A stretch of DNA of 64,000 nucleotides, taken from the NCBI GenBank assembly GCA_023417785.1, contig JAEZEH010000077.1:2088-66087 (forward strand), read 5' to 3'. The position numbers and the translations under genes were made by a program. The stretch is from Bacteroidota bacterium (lineage in GTDB: Bacteria > Bacteroidota > Bacteroidia > Cytophagales > Cyclobacteriaceae). Shown in pieces: positions 51,143 to 60,648 of this stretch (positions are counted from its first letter, which is position 1; each line of letters starts with the position of its first letter). The notes below the pieces were generated by a model that saw only the letters and a program-made list of their open reading frames with translations, searched no databases and was not told where the DNA came from.

Positions 51143-52213
51143 ATGGCAAAAAGTATTTCAGAACTCCTCGGAAAAGACGCAGAATTTCTCCTCAAACACA
51201 AGAGCAAAACCATCTCAAAGGAGAGTCTTCATCTTCCTAATCCGAACTTTGTTGACAACGTCTTCGTGCAAACTAACAGAAGCCCTCAGGTTTTAAGAAG
51301 TTTGCAGCAATTGTTCGGTACTGGCCGACTTGCAAACACTGGCTTCTTATCGATCCTTCCTATTGACCAGGGGATAGAACATAGCGCGGGAGCATCTTTC
51401 GCCAAGAATCCGATCTATTTCGATCCTGAGAATATTGTAAAGCTTGCAGTTGAAGGAGGTTGTAACGGTGTTGCCACTACTTACGGCGTGCTGGCGATGA
51501 TGTCGCGAAAATATGCGCACCGGATTCCATTTATCGTAAAGATTAATCACAATGAACTGCTAACATATCCCAACAAGCATGACCAGATCATGTTTGGAAG
51601 CGTGAGAGATGCATGGAACCTTGGCGCGGTAGCTGTTGGTGCCACCATTTACTTCGGTTCGGATAACTCATCACGTCAGATCATTGAAGTCGCACAGGCT
51701 TTTGAGGAGGCTCATTCACTGGGTATGGGTACCATTCTATGGTGCTATATCCGTAACAACGCTTTCAAGACGGGTGGTATCGACTATCACGTTTCCGCTG
51801 ACCTTACTGGCCAGGCCAACCACCTCGGTGTTACCATTCAGGCCGACATCATAAAGCAGAAGCTGGCAGAAAACACCGGCGGATACAAGGCATTAAATAC
51901 TGGTGGAAGCAGTTATGGAAAACTTGACGAAAAGATATACACCGAACTCAGCTCGGAGCACCCGATAGATCTTTGCCGTTACCAGGTGGCCAACTGCTAC
52001 ATGGGCAGAGCAGGACTCATCTCGTCAGGTGGCGAGTCTAAGGGCGCAAGCGATCTTGCAGATGTAGTCCGCACCGCCGTTATTAACAAACGCGCTGGTG
52101 GAATGGGTCTGATTTCAGGAAGGAAAGCATTCCAGCGCCCTATGAAAGAAGGAGTGGAAATCATGAACGCGATCCAGGACGTTTACCTCGACAAGAGCAT
52201 TGACGTAGCCTGA
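51143..52213 (+). CDS. fbaB: Class I fructose-bisphosphate aldolase (FbaB/DhnA type)
   Basis: End-to-end resemblance to E. coli FbaB ([44 protein letters not shown]). 356 aa. Confidence 0.92.
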   Translation: MAKSISELLGKDAEFLLKHKSKTISKESLHLPNPNFVDNVFVQTNRSPQVLRSLQQLFGTGRLANTGFLSILPIDQGIEHSAGASFAKNPIYFDPENIVKLAVEGGCNGVATTYGVLAMMSRKYAHRIPFIVKINHNELLTYPNKHDQIMFGSVRDAWNLGAVAVGATIYFGSDNSSRQIIEVAQAFEEAHSLGMGTILWCYIRNNAFKTGGIDYHVSADLTGQANHLGVTIQADIIKQKLAENTGGYKALNTGGSSYGKLDEKIYTELSSEHPIDLCRYQVANCYMGRAGLISSGGESKGASDLADVVRTAVINKRAGGMGLISGRKAFQRPMKEGVEIMNAIQDVYLDKSIDVA

Positions 52214-52230
52214 TAATTTATTACCTTTCG

Positions 52231-52270
52231 AGCCGGTGCAAAAAATCTTTGTACCGGCTTCTTTATTTCT
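52231..52270 (+). terminator. Rho-independent terminator after fbaB
   Basis: AGCCGGT...ACCGGCT stem, extendable to about 12 bp, followed by TCTTTATTTCTT. Confidence 0.6.
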
Positions 52271-52288
52271 TACTAAACCATTCAAACC

Positions 52289-53131
52289 ATGCCTTGGTTT
52301 AAACGCAGTGACAAAGGTATTCTTACCCCTACCGAAGCGAAACGGGAAGTGCCTGACGGTTTATGGTTCAAATCACCGGCGGGAAAGATTGTTCACACCA
52401 GGGAGCTTAAGAACAATGCTTATGTCGTTCCCGACGAGGATTACCACGTGCGGATTGGTTCTTCAGAATATTTTGAAATCCTTTTTGATAATAACAAGTT
52501 TACTGAGCTTGACGTGACTATGGAGTCGGCCGATCCGCTCAAATTTTCCGACACAAAGCCATATCTGAAAAGAATAAAAGAATCTCAGGAAAAGACTGAT
52601 CTTAAAGACGCCGTCCGGACCGGCTACGGTAAAATGAACAGCATCGATGTCGTGATTGCCTGTATGGATTTCAATTTTATCGGTGGGTCTATGGGCTCTG
52701 TTGTTGGTGAGAAAATCGCGCGGGCCATAGACCATTGCATTGAAAACAAGAAGCCGTTCATTATGATTTCCCGTTCTGGCGGAGCCCGAATGATGGAGGC
52801 TGGATTGTCTCTTATGCAAATGGCCAAAACATCAGCTAAAATCGCATTGATGGATAAGGTCGGGCTGCCGATGGTTTCCTTGCTGACTGATCCTACAACG
52901 GGTGGGGTAACCGCATCTTACGCAATGCTCGGAGATTTTAACATTGCCGAGCCCGGTAGCCTTATCGGTTTTGCCGGCCCCCGGGTAATTCGTGAAACGA
53001 TTGGAAAAGACTTACCCAAAGGATTTCAAAGTGCCGAGTTCGTACTTGATCACGGGTTCCTTGACTTCATCGTTGACCGGCGGAATTTGAAAAGCCGGCT
53101 TACAACACTCTTCCGAATGCTGCAGAGTTAA
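52289..53131 (+). CDS. accD: Acetyl-CoA carboxylase carboxyltransferase beta subunit
   Basis: CT-beta core ([32 protein letters not shown]). The N-terminal zinc-ribbon cysteines are absent. 280 aa. Confidence 0.92.
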   Translation: MPWFKRSDKGILTPTEAKREVPDGLWFKSPAGKIVHTRELKNNAYVVPDEDYHVRIGSSEYFEILFDNNKFTELDVTMESADPLKFSDTKPYLKRIKESQEKTDLKDAVRTGYGKMNSIDVVIACMDFNFIGGSMGSVVGEKIARAIDHCIENKKPFIMISRSGGARMMEAGLSLMQMAKTSAKIALMDKVGLPMVSLLTDPTTGGVTASYAMLGDFNIAEPGSLIGFAGPRVIRETIGKDLPKGFQSAEFVLDHGFLDFIVDRRNLKSRLTTLFRMLQS

Positions 53132-53159
53132 CAGCCAGCCTTAAAAAGTTTTAAACAAG

Positions 53160-54191
53160 TTATACACGGAGTTTTGCACTGTATTCTTTTACGGTGTCGA
53201 TAAAACATCGCACGTTGTCGGCTGATGTATCGGGATAGAGACCGTGTCCGAGGTTCGCAATGTGGCGGACGGGGCCGAATGCATCGAGCATCTTCCGAGT
53301 TTCTTTTCTTATCTGGCCGGGCGACCCATACAGCGCGCAAGGATCAAGGTTCCCTTGCAGAACTTTCGAAGGCATGAGTTGCCGCGATTCATTGATATCC
53401 ATGTTCCAATCAAGGCCGACTACGTCGCATCTCATTGTATCCAATTCTTTTCGTGCGAAAAAAGCCCCTTTGGCAAATACCGTTTTCGGCACCTCCGGGA
53501 TTGAATCACAAATTCGTGAGATATACGGTAGTGAAAATGTGGCGTACTGCTCAGGTGATAATATCCCCGCCCATGAATCGAAGACCTGAATCAGGTCTGC
53601 ACCGGCGGCGACCTGAGCGCGCAGGTAATTGATGGTGCTTTCCGTGATCATGTCAAGCAGCTTATGGGCAAAAGCCGGATTGGTATAGAGAAGCTTTTTT
53701 GCTTCGCTGAATGTCTTGCTCCCCTTGCCCTCCACCATGTACGCGAAGATCGTCCAGGGCGCGCCTGCGAAGCCAATTAGCGGAACCCTTGCGTTAAGCT
53801 CCTTCTTCGTCAACCGGATCGCGTCCAAAACATAAGTCAACTCTTCTCCGGCTGCAACGCGAATGGAATTGAGATCAGCTTCAGTGGTGATCCGGCGCGG
53901 GAAGACGGGCCCCTTATTCTCCTCCATCTCATAGTTACATCCCATCGCTTCAGGGATCACAAGAATGTCGGAAAAAATGATGGCGGCATCGACGTCAAGA
54001 ATGTCTACCGGTTGAATGGTAACCTCTGCCGCCATTTCCGGGGATTTCACCAAAGTCTTAAAGTCGCCGGCTTTTTCACGAACCTTCCGGTATTCAGCAA
54101 GGATCCGCCCCGCCTGACGCATAAGCCAGACGGGAGTACGTTCGGTTTTTTCGCCGCGTGCTGCGCGGAGGAGAAGATCGTTCTTTAACAT
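53160..54191 (-). CDS. hemE: Uroporphyrinogen decarboxylase
   Basis: [10 protein letters not shown] signature and full-length URO-D similarity. 343 aa. Confidence 0.95.
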   Translation of the reverse strand: MLKNDLLLRAARGEKTERTPVWLMRQAGRILAEYRKVREKAGDFKTLVKSPEMAAEVTIQPVDILDVDAAIIFSDILVIPEAMGCNYEMEENKGPVFPRRITTEADLNSIRVAAGEELTYVLDAIRLTKKELNARVPLIGFAGAPWTIFAYMVEGKGSKTFSEAKKLLYTNPAFAHKLLDMITESTINYLRAQVAAGADLIQVFDSWAGILSPEQYATFSLPYISRICDSIPEVPKTVFAKGAFFARKELDTMRCDVVGLDWNMDINESRQLMPSKVLQGNLDPCALYGSPGQIRKETRKMLDAFGPVRHIANLGHGLYPDTSADNVRCFIDTVKEYSAKLRV

Positions 54192-54216
54192 TGCCGAAAA
54201 TTAGGTGGACTAATGA

Positions 54217-54250
54217 ACAAAAAAAGCGAGCCCGGTTGAGGCTCGCTTTA
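54217..54250 (-). terminator. Rho-independent terminator after rpmA
   Basis: AGCGAGCC-CGGTTGA-GGCTCGCT hairpin. On the minus strand it is followed by T7. Confidence 0.7.
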
Positions 54251-54268
54251 ATATTTCTTTATAATCGC

Positions 54269-54532
54269 TTAAGCTTCGGCCGCCGGTTGAACCGAAACGA
54301 AAGACTTGTCAGCCTTACCTTTTTTAAACATTACGACGCCGTTAGTAAGCGCGAACAAGGTATGATCCTTACCCATACCAACGTTTGGGCCGGGATGGTG
54401 CTTTGTACCACGCTGGCGTACGATGATGTTGCCCGCGATCACTTTCTGTCCGCCAAATACTTTGATACCGAGGCGTTTGCTTTCCGACTCACGGCCGTTT
54501 TTTACTTTACCTTCACCTTTTTTATGTGCCAT
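54269..54532 (-). CDS. rpmA: 50S ribosomal protein L27
   Basis: [24 protein letters not shown]...IIVRQRGTK. 87 aa. Confidence 0.95.
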   Translation of the reverse strand: MAHKKGEGKVKNGRESESKRLGIKVFGGQKVIAGNIIVRQRGTKHHPGPNVGMGKDHTLFALTNGVVMFKKGKADKSFVSVQPAAEA

Positions 54533-54576
54533 GGTTAAATAATTTCAGATTCCAGATTTTGGTTATTGAAGCCCGG

Positions 54577-54885
54577 TTAACCGATGCTATCGATTTGTAC
54601 TTTGGTGTACTGCTGGCGGTGACCGTTTTTCGTCACATAGCCTTTTCTGCGCTTCTTTTTGAAGACGATAACTTTGTCGCCCTTCACATGTTCAAGGATT
54701 TTACCGGATACCTTGATTCCGTCAACAGTAGGGGCGCCAATCTGAATCGAACCGCCGTCATCAACGAGAAGGACCTTGTCGAAGCTCACCGAAGCTCCTG
54801 CGTCGCCTTCCATCTTAGGGGCGTAGATGTATTGGTCTTTAGCCACTTTAAACTGTTTTCCTGCAATATCTACGATCGCGTACAT
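54577..54885 (-). CDS. rplU: 50S ribosomal protein L21
   Basis: MYAIVDIAGKQFKV...KKRRKGY..GHRQ. I set the start at MYAIVDI. The track ORF is 51 codons over-extended across the promoter. Confidence 0.93.
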   Translation of the reverse strand: MYAIVDIAGKQFKVAKDQYIYAPKMEGDAGASVSFDKVLLVDDGGSIQIGAPTVDGIKVSGKILEHVKGDKVIVFKKKRRKGYVTKNGHRQQYTKVQIDSIG

Positions 54886-54905
54886 AGCTTTATAAAATTG
54901 GACTG

Positions 54906-54913
54906 CAAAGGTA
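54906..54913 (-). promoter_or_regulatory. Bacteroidota -7 promoter element (TACCTTTG) for rplU-rpmA
   Basis: Exact TAnnTTTG match on the minus strand, 21 nt upstream of the rplU ATG. Confidence 0.45.
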
Positions 54914-55080
54914 AAAAAAGAATTCGGATTAGCGCATACCCGCCATTGAATTTCCCCCGAATTGTTTACCGCTAACAGCGGCGGGAATACGAAAAAAAAG
55001 TGAATTTTTTTTTGCTGCGCGTTTCCCTCAAATTTCACATAAAAACCATGCTTGTAAGGTATTATTTGCCAACGACTTAT

Positions 55081-55111
55081 CTATCCACAAACTATCCACA
55101 CGTTATCCACA
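55081..55111 (+). promoter_or_regulatory. Cluster of three direct, 11-bp-phased DnaA boxes
   Basis: CTATCCACA (55081-55089), CTATCCACA (55092-55100) and TTATCCACA (55103-55111), compared with the consensus TTATCCACA. They lie in the rplU / nrdB divergent intergenic region. Confidence 0.6.
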
Positions 55112-55302
55112 ATCGTCAAAAACGCGTCAGAAAGCCCGTTTTGATTTTTAAGCTGCTTCTGTTTCATTTGTACACTTGACACGGGGAGTTGATATCCATC
55201 GGCTTCTTCAAGAACCAAAAAATTTATTGAAACAGTTTACGGGTGTTAGCCTTGGCTGATACCCCTCGAAATATTTTTAGTTATCTAAACCACCTTTTTA
55301 TC

Positions 55303-56286
55303 ATGAGCCAACTGGAAGAACCTATTTTGAGAGAGAACAAAGACAGATTTGTGCTCTTCCCTATTCAGCACCATGACATCTGGAAGTTTTACAAACAGGC
55401 CGAAGCAAGCTTCTGGACAGCTGAAGAAATAGATCTCAGTCAGGACCTAAGCGACTGGGCAAATCTTAACGATGGCGAGCGCCACTTCGTCACCCATGTG
55501 CTCGCCTTCTTCGCTGCCAGTGACGGCATTGTCAACGAAAACCTCGCCGAGCATTTCGTTTCCGAAGTTCAGTACACAGAAGCCAAATTCTTTTATGGTT
55601 TCCAGATCGCCATTGAAAATATCCACTCAGAAACCTATTCCCTGCTCATCGATACTTATGTGAAAGATCCTAAAGAAAAGGACAAGCTTTTCCACGCGGT
55701 TGACACGATGGACTGTGTGAAGAAAAAAGCCGACTGGGCGCTACGTTGGATCAGCCAGGGCAACTTCCAGGAAAGACTAATTGCTTTCGCCGCAGTGGAA
55801 GGTATCTTCTTCTCCGGATCATTCTGTTCGATTTTCTGGTTAAAGAAGCGCGGCCTTATGCCGGGCCTTACGTTTTCAAATGAGTTGATCTCACGCGATG
55901 AAGGGCTTCATTGTGATTTTGCGTGCCACCTCTATACACAGCACGTCGTTGGCAAACTCTCTGAAGAAACAGTCATCGGCATTATCCGCGACGCGGTCGA
56001 AATTGAAAAGGAATTTGTTACCGATGCACTACCCGTTAACCTCATTGGTATGAACGCTTTACAGATGCGCCAGTACATCGAGTTTGTCGCAGACCGTCTG
56101 CTCAATGAACTTATCGGAAAGAAAATTTATAACGCGACTAATCCATTCGACTTCATGGATATGATTTCGTTGAGAGGCAAGACCAACTTCTTCGAGAAGC
56201 GCGTCGCCGAATATCAGAAAGCCGGAGTATTAAACAGCACCGACAAAGAAACATCTCCGAAGTTTTCACTCAATGAAGACTTTTGA
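55303..56286 (+). CDS. nrdB: Class Ia ribonucleotide reductase beta subunit (R2)
   Basis: [12 protein letters not shown], the di-iron ligand motifs ([14 protein letters not shown]) and the C-terminal tail. I set the start at MSQLEEPIL. Confidence 0.93.
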   Translation: MSQLEEPILRENKDRFVLFPIQHHDIWKFYKQAEASFWTAEEIDLSQDLSDWANLNDGERHFVTHVLAFFAASDGIVNENLAEHFVSEVQYTEAKFFYGFQIAIENIHSETYSLLIDTYVKDPKEKDKLFHAVDTMDCVKKKADWALRWISQGNFQERLIAFAAVEGIFFSGSFCSIFWLKKRGLMPGLTFSNELISRDEGLHCDFACHLYTQHVVGKLSEETVIGIIRDAVEIEKEFVTDALPVNLIGMNALQMRQYIEFVADRLLNELIGKKIYNATNPFDFMDMISLRGKTNFFEKRVAEYQKAGVLNSTDKETSPKFSLNEDF

Positions 56287-56342
56287 TTAGATTATGAAAG
56301 CTTTTTAACCTTATTCTAAAAATAACAACCCCTTTACCCACG

Positions 56343-58802
56343 ATGCTTGTACTAAAACGCGACGGCCGCAGAGAATCAGTGAAGTTCGACAAGATCACTG
56401 CTCGAATTTCGAAACTCTGCTACGGATTAGATCCGAAGTTCGTCAACCCGGTGGAAGTGGCCATGAAGGTAATCAATGGCCTGTACGATGGAGTATCCAC
56501 ACAGGAACTGGATAATCTCGCTGCTGAAATAGCGGCTGCGATGACCACCAAACACCCTGACTTTGCAAAGCTTGCAGCGCGTATCGCCGTCTCCAATCTG
56601 CATAAGGTAACAAGTAAATCGTTTTCCAATACGATGAAGCGCCTGTATACCTATGTAGATCCGAAAACAGGTGAAAATGCTCCGCTTATCTCAAGGGAAA
56701 CGTGGAAGACCATCAAGGAAAATGCAGCCGCATTGGATGAAGCGATCCTTTACGACCGGGATTTCAGCTATGACTATTTCGGTTTCAAAACACTGGAGCG
56801 TTCATATCTGATGAAGATAGACGGCAAAACGATTGAACGCCCGCAGCATATGCTGATGCGCGTAGCCGTGGGGATACATGCAGAAGATATTCAGGCCGCG
56901 ATCGAAACGTACAACCTCCTTTCTGAAAAATGGTTTACGCACGCGACACCAACACTGTTCAATGCAGGCACACCGAAGCCGCAACTTTCGTCCTGCTTCC
57001 TACTGACCATGAAAGACGACAGCATTGACGGCATCTATGATACGCTGAAGCAGTGCGCCAAGATTTCACAATCGGCTGGCGGAATCGGTCTCAGCATTCA
57101 CAACGTGCGGGCTAAAGGCTCCTACATCAAAGGCACTGGCGGAACATCCAATGGTATCGTGCCCATGCTTCGGAATTTCGACATGACAGCACGCTACGTT
57201 GACCAGGGTGGCGGCAAACGTAAAGGCAGTTTCGCGATCTACCTAGAACCATGGCATGCCGATATCTTTGACTTCCTCGACCTGAAGAAGAATCACGGCA
57301 AGGAAGAAATGCGTGCACGCGATCTGTTCTACGCCCTCTGGATTTCCGATCTGTTTATGAAACGCGTGGAGAACAACGAGATGTGGTCGCTGTTTTGCCC
57401 CAACGAAGCTCCCGGACTCGCTGAAGTCTGGGGCGAAGAATTTGAACGCCTCTATGAAAAATATGAAAAGGAAGGCAAGTACCGCAAACAGGTTAAGGCC
57501 CAGGATCTGTGGTTCGAAGTGCTCGAGTCTCAGATAGAAACTGGAACTCCTTACATCCTCTACAAAGACGCCGCGAACCGGAAGTCTAACCAGAAAAACC
57601 TCGGTACCATAAAGTCGAGTAACCTTTGTACGGAGATTATCGAATACACGGCCCCCGACGAAGTAGCGGTTTGTAACCTGGCATCACTCGCGCTTCCGAA
57701 GTTTGTTACCGAGGACGGTCGATTCGACCATCAAAAGCTGTACGAAATCACCAAGGTGGTTACACGTAACCTCAACAAGGTAATCGATGTAAACTACTAC
57801 CCGGTAGTCGAGGCGAAAAACTCCAACATGCGTCATCGCCCGATAGGCCTGGGGATTCAGGGACTCGCCGACACATTCATCATGCTGCGTATGCCGTTTG
57901 AGTCTGAAGAAGCTCGCCGCCTGAATGAAGACATCTTCGAAACCATTTACTTCGGTGCAATGGAAGCATCGATGGAATTGTCTAAGATCCATGGTCCGTA
58001 TGAAACCTATAAGGGATCACCGGTCTCTAAAGGTATTTTCCAGTTCGACATGTGGGGCGTGACGCCGAGAAGCGGTCGCTGGAACTGGGAGCAGCTGAAA
58101 CAAGACGTCAAAAAGAACGGTGTTCGTAACTCATTATTGGTTGCCCCGATGCCAACAGCGTCAACTTCGCAGATCCTCGGAAACAATGAGTGTTTTGAAC
58201 CGTACACATCAAACGTCTACACACGCCGAACCCTCTCAGGGGAGTTCATTATTGCCAACAAGCATCTGATGCATGACCTGATGAGCCTTGGACTATGGAG
58301 TGAAACAATGAGACAAAAGCTGATTGCGGCCAATGGTTCTATCCAAAACATTCCTGAGATTCCGCAAAACATCAAGGATATCTATAAAACTGTCTGGGAG
58401 ATTTCGCAAAAAGCGATCATCGATATGTCCGCTGACCGTGGTGCGTTCATCTGTCAGTCACAGAGCTTGAATATACATCTGACGAACCCCAACTTCGGCA
58501 AGCTTACTTCAATGCACTTCTATGCGTGGAAGAAGGGGCTGAAGACGGGTATGTACTACCTGCGTACCAACGCGGCAGCGGATGCCATCAAGTTTACACT
58601 GGACAAGAACGCTCTTAAAGAGCCGGCTAAGGCCGCCGCGGTAGTCGGAGAAACGATTCAGGAACCCGTCGCTGTCGTTACCGTAGGAGATTCTCAGCAA
58701 CAATTGAAATACGAACAAAGTCCGGCAGATTATGACCAAAAGATTTCCGATATGACTTGTTCGCTTGATAATCCGGACGCCTGCGAGGCTTGCGGAAGTT
58801 AG
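56343..58802 (+). CDS. nrdA: Class Ia ribonucleotide reductase alpha subunit (R1)
   Basis: ATP-cone N-terminus ([16 protein letters not shown]), active site SNLCTEI, and a C-terminal CxxC (CEAC). 819 aa. Confidence 0.95.
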   Translation: MLVLKRDGRRESVKFDKITARISKLCYGLDPKFVNPVEVAMKVINGLYDGVSTQELDNLAAEIAAAMTTKHPDFAKLAARIAVSNLHKVTSKSFSNTMKRLYTYVDPKTGENAPLISRETWKTIKENAAALDEAILYDRDFSYDYFGFKTLERSYLMKIDGKTIERPQHMLMRVAVGIHAEDIQAAIETYNLLSEKWFTHATPTLFNAGTPKPQLSSCFLLTMKDDSIDGIYDTLKQCAKISQSAGGIGLSIHNVRAKGSYIKGTGGTSNGIVPMLRNFDMTARYVDQGGGKRKGSFAIYLEPWHADIFDFLDLKKNHGKEEMRARDLFYALWISDLFMKRVENNEMWSLFCPNEAPGLAEVWGEEFERLYEKYEKEGKYRKQVKAQDLWFEVLESQIETGTPYILYKDAANRKSNQKNLGTIKSSNLCTEIIEYTAPDEVAVCNLASLALPKFVTEDGRFDHQKLYEITKVVTRNLNKVIDVNYYPVVEAKNSNMRHRPIGLGIQGLADTFIMLRMPFESEEARRLNEDIFETIYFGAMEASMELSKIHGPYETYKGSPVSKGIFQFDMWGVTPRSGRWNWEQLKQDVKKNGVRNSLLVAPMPTASTSQILGNNECFEPYTSNVYTRRTLSGEFIIANKHLMHDLMSLGLWSETMRQKLIAANGSIQNIPEIPQNIKDIYKTVWEISQKAIIDMSADRGAFICQSQSLNIHLTNPNFGKLTSMHFYAWKKGLKTGMYYLRTNAAADAIKFTLDKNALKEPAKAAAVVGETIQEPVAVVTVGDSQQQLKYEQSPADYDQKISDMTCSLDNPDACEACGS

Positions 58803-58813
58803 AATAGATTCCG

Positions 58814-58834
58814 GATTTCTGATTTCAGATTTCA
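58814..58834 (+). repeat. Three tandem heptamers GATTTCW
   Basis: GATTTCT GATTTCA GATTTCA, directly after the nrdA stop. Confidence 0.6.
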
Positions 58835-58838
58835 AGTG

Positions 58839-58871
58839 AAGGCCCGCTCTTTCGAACGGGCCTTTTCATTT
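58839..58871 (+). terminator. Rho-independent terminator after nrdA
   Basis: AAGGCCCG...CGGGCCTT stem followed by TTTCATTT. Confidence 0.7.
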
Positions 58872-58907
58872 GAAAGATATCCAGGCGGAAATTTGAATTT
58901 TGGCATC

Positions 58908-58921
58908 TGAAATCTGAAATT
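58908..58921 (+). repeat. Two tandem heptamers TGAAATC/T, the inverted complement of the 58814-58834 repeat
   Basis: TGAAATC TGAAATT. It matches the reverse complement of 58821-58834 at 13 of 14 positions and ends 6 nt before the ldhA ATG. Confidence 0.6.
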
Positions 58922-58927
58922 GATCCG

Positions 58928-59923
58928 ATGAAGATCACCTTTTTCAGTACCCAGCCATACGACAAAAAATCATTTGAAGAACATAATAGGAACTACGCGT
59001 TCAACATCAAGTTTCTGGAAGTTCAACTGAACGAACAAACAGCATCCCTTGCCGGAGGCGCCGACGCCGTTTGTGCTTTCGTGAACGACAGGATCAATGC
59101 CACCATAATTAAGCAGCTAACCGAAGCCGGTGTTGGGGTGCTGGCGTTGCGTTGCGCGGGCTTTAACAACGTCGACCTTGCAGCGGCGAAGGAATTTGAA
59201 CTTAAAGTGGTGCGGGTCCCGGCGTATTCACCCAACGCAGTCGCCGAACATGCGTTGGCAATGATTATGACTCTGAACCGAAAAACACACAAAGCCTACA
59301 ATCGCATACGCGAACAGAATTTTTCCCTGAATGGATTGCTTGGTTTCGACCTATATGGAAAAACCGTAGGCGTAATCGGTACGGGGAACATTGGAATGGT
59401 CTTCTGCCGCATCATGCTGGGCTTCGGTTGCAAGGTTGCGGCATTCGACATCCATGAGAATATGGAACTGACTAAGCAAGGTGTTCAATATCTACCGTTG
59501 GAAGACCTGTTTGCCCAATCCAATATCATTTCACTTCATTGTCCGCTCAACGATCACACGCGCTATATCATCAATAAGGATTCAATCGAAAGCATGCAAA
59601 ACAACGTTATGCTGATCAACACCAGCCGCGGCGGACTTATCGACACAAAAGCCGTTGTTAAAGGACTGAAATCAGGAAAGATCGGATCGCTGGGAATTGA
59701 TGTATATGAACAGGAGGAAAACCTTTTCTTCCGCGATCTTTCCGAAACAATTATTGAGGACGACGTTATTTCACGCTTGAGCAGCTTCCCCAACGTACTC
59801 ATCACCGCTCACCAGGGATTCTTTACGCGTGAAGCGCTTGATGAGATTGCCGAGACAACGCTGTCAAATCTGAAGGCGTTCTCCAAAAACGAATCCCTCG
59901 AAAACGAAGTAAGCCTGAAATAG
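58928..59923 (+). CDS. ldhA: D-isomer-specific 2-hydroxyacid dehydrogenase (D-lactate dehydrogenase-like)
   Basis: NAD motif GVIGTGNIG, catalytic region INTSRGGLID, and ITAHQGFFT. 331 aa. Confidence 0.85.
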   Translation: MKITFFSTQPYDKKSFEEHNRNYAFNIKFLEVQLNEQTASLAGGADAVCAFVNDRINATIIKQLTEAGVGVLALRCAGFNNVDLAAAKEFELKVVRVPAYSPNAVAEHALAMIMTLNRKTHKAYNRIREQNFSLNGLLGFDLYGKTVGVIGTGNIGMVFCRIMLGFGCKVAAFDIHENMELTKQGVQYLPLEDLFAQSNIISLHCPLNDHTRYIINKDSIESMQNNVMLINTSRGGLIDTKAVVKGLKSGKIGSLGIDVYEQEENLFFRDLSETIIEDDVISRLSSFPNVLITAHQGFFTREALDEIAETTLSNLKAFSKNESLENEVSLK

Positions 59924-59929
59924 ACTATG

Positions 59930-60415
59930 TTATTCGGCCGATAAGCATTTACGCTTGAGGTTACGAATACCTTTTTTTACAGCCTTTTGCAAAGCCAGTC
60001 CGGTCGAACCTGCATTGATTTGATATTCTCCTTGATTTCTTTCACGAAAAGCTATCGGACTGATATTCGTTTTCGTGATCGACCTATAAACCGCCTTCGG
60101 ATTCGCGGTTGAAACAATACTAATCAGAATCGAAACAGACGTGTTGCTGTCATTGGCTTCCTGGGGTACATAATCTTTAGCCGGCGGTCCGAATCGATTC
60201 ATCACCTGAAAGGGGGTTATGTAATCGAACACAGCCCCTGGACGGCTTTCCATCACATCAACAATGAGAAGAAAAGGTATGCCTTCCGCATTTAACTTTG
60301 TCATGAAAGCCGCATCACTACGGATGATACCCTTCGAAGCAAGATTCCATTCCTCCCGGGGGTAGTACAACGGATTCGCCTCGCTCTGTGATAATTCGTT
60401 TTCTAATAACTCCAT
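59930..60415 (-). CDS. Hypothetical protein, possibly the C-terminal part of a frameshift-split lipoprotein gene
   Basis: 161-aa ORF with no recognisable motif. A lipoprotein signal peptide is encoded just upstream in a different frame (see findings). Confidence 0.5.
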   Translation of the reverse strand: MELLENELSQSEANPLYYPREEWNLASKGIIRSDAAFMTKLNAEGIPFLLIVDVMESRPGAVFDYITPFQVMNRFGPPAKDYVPQEANDSNTSVSILISIVSTANPKAVYRSITKTNISPIAFRERNQGEYQINAGSTGLALQKAVKKGIRNLKRKCLSAE

Positions 60416-60648
60416 AAAGCCTTTCTGAATGGCTCGCGCTAAGGTCTCTTATTTCGGGAACTAACAAAGTGGCTTTGCGAATATTGTCGTTACACGGAAC
60501 ACGAGCATCATGCCGGGAAGATATACAACTCTGAAGAAGCACGATAAGCCGGATAAGCCATGCCGGTCTGATCATGTTGATCGCGATTTTCGTTAACACA
60601 CAACTCCCTCACTCAAAACTATCCAACAACAATTATCCTGCCACACGA

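Noticed and set aside
54886-55302. Over-extended track starts for rplU (55038) and nrdB (55243), and the idea of a cobalamin riboswitch in the nrdB leader
   Set aside because: The extensions run through the rplU -7 box and have no family support. In the roughly 190-nt nrdB upstream region I could not find the B12-box core (GCCACTG-like) or the expected helices, so I make no riboswitch call.
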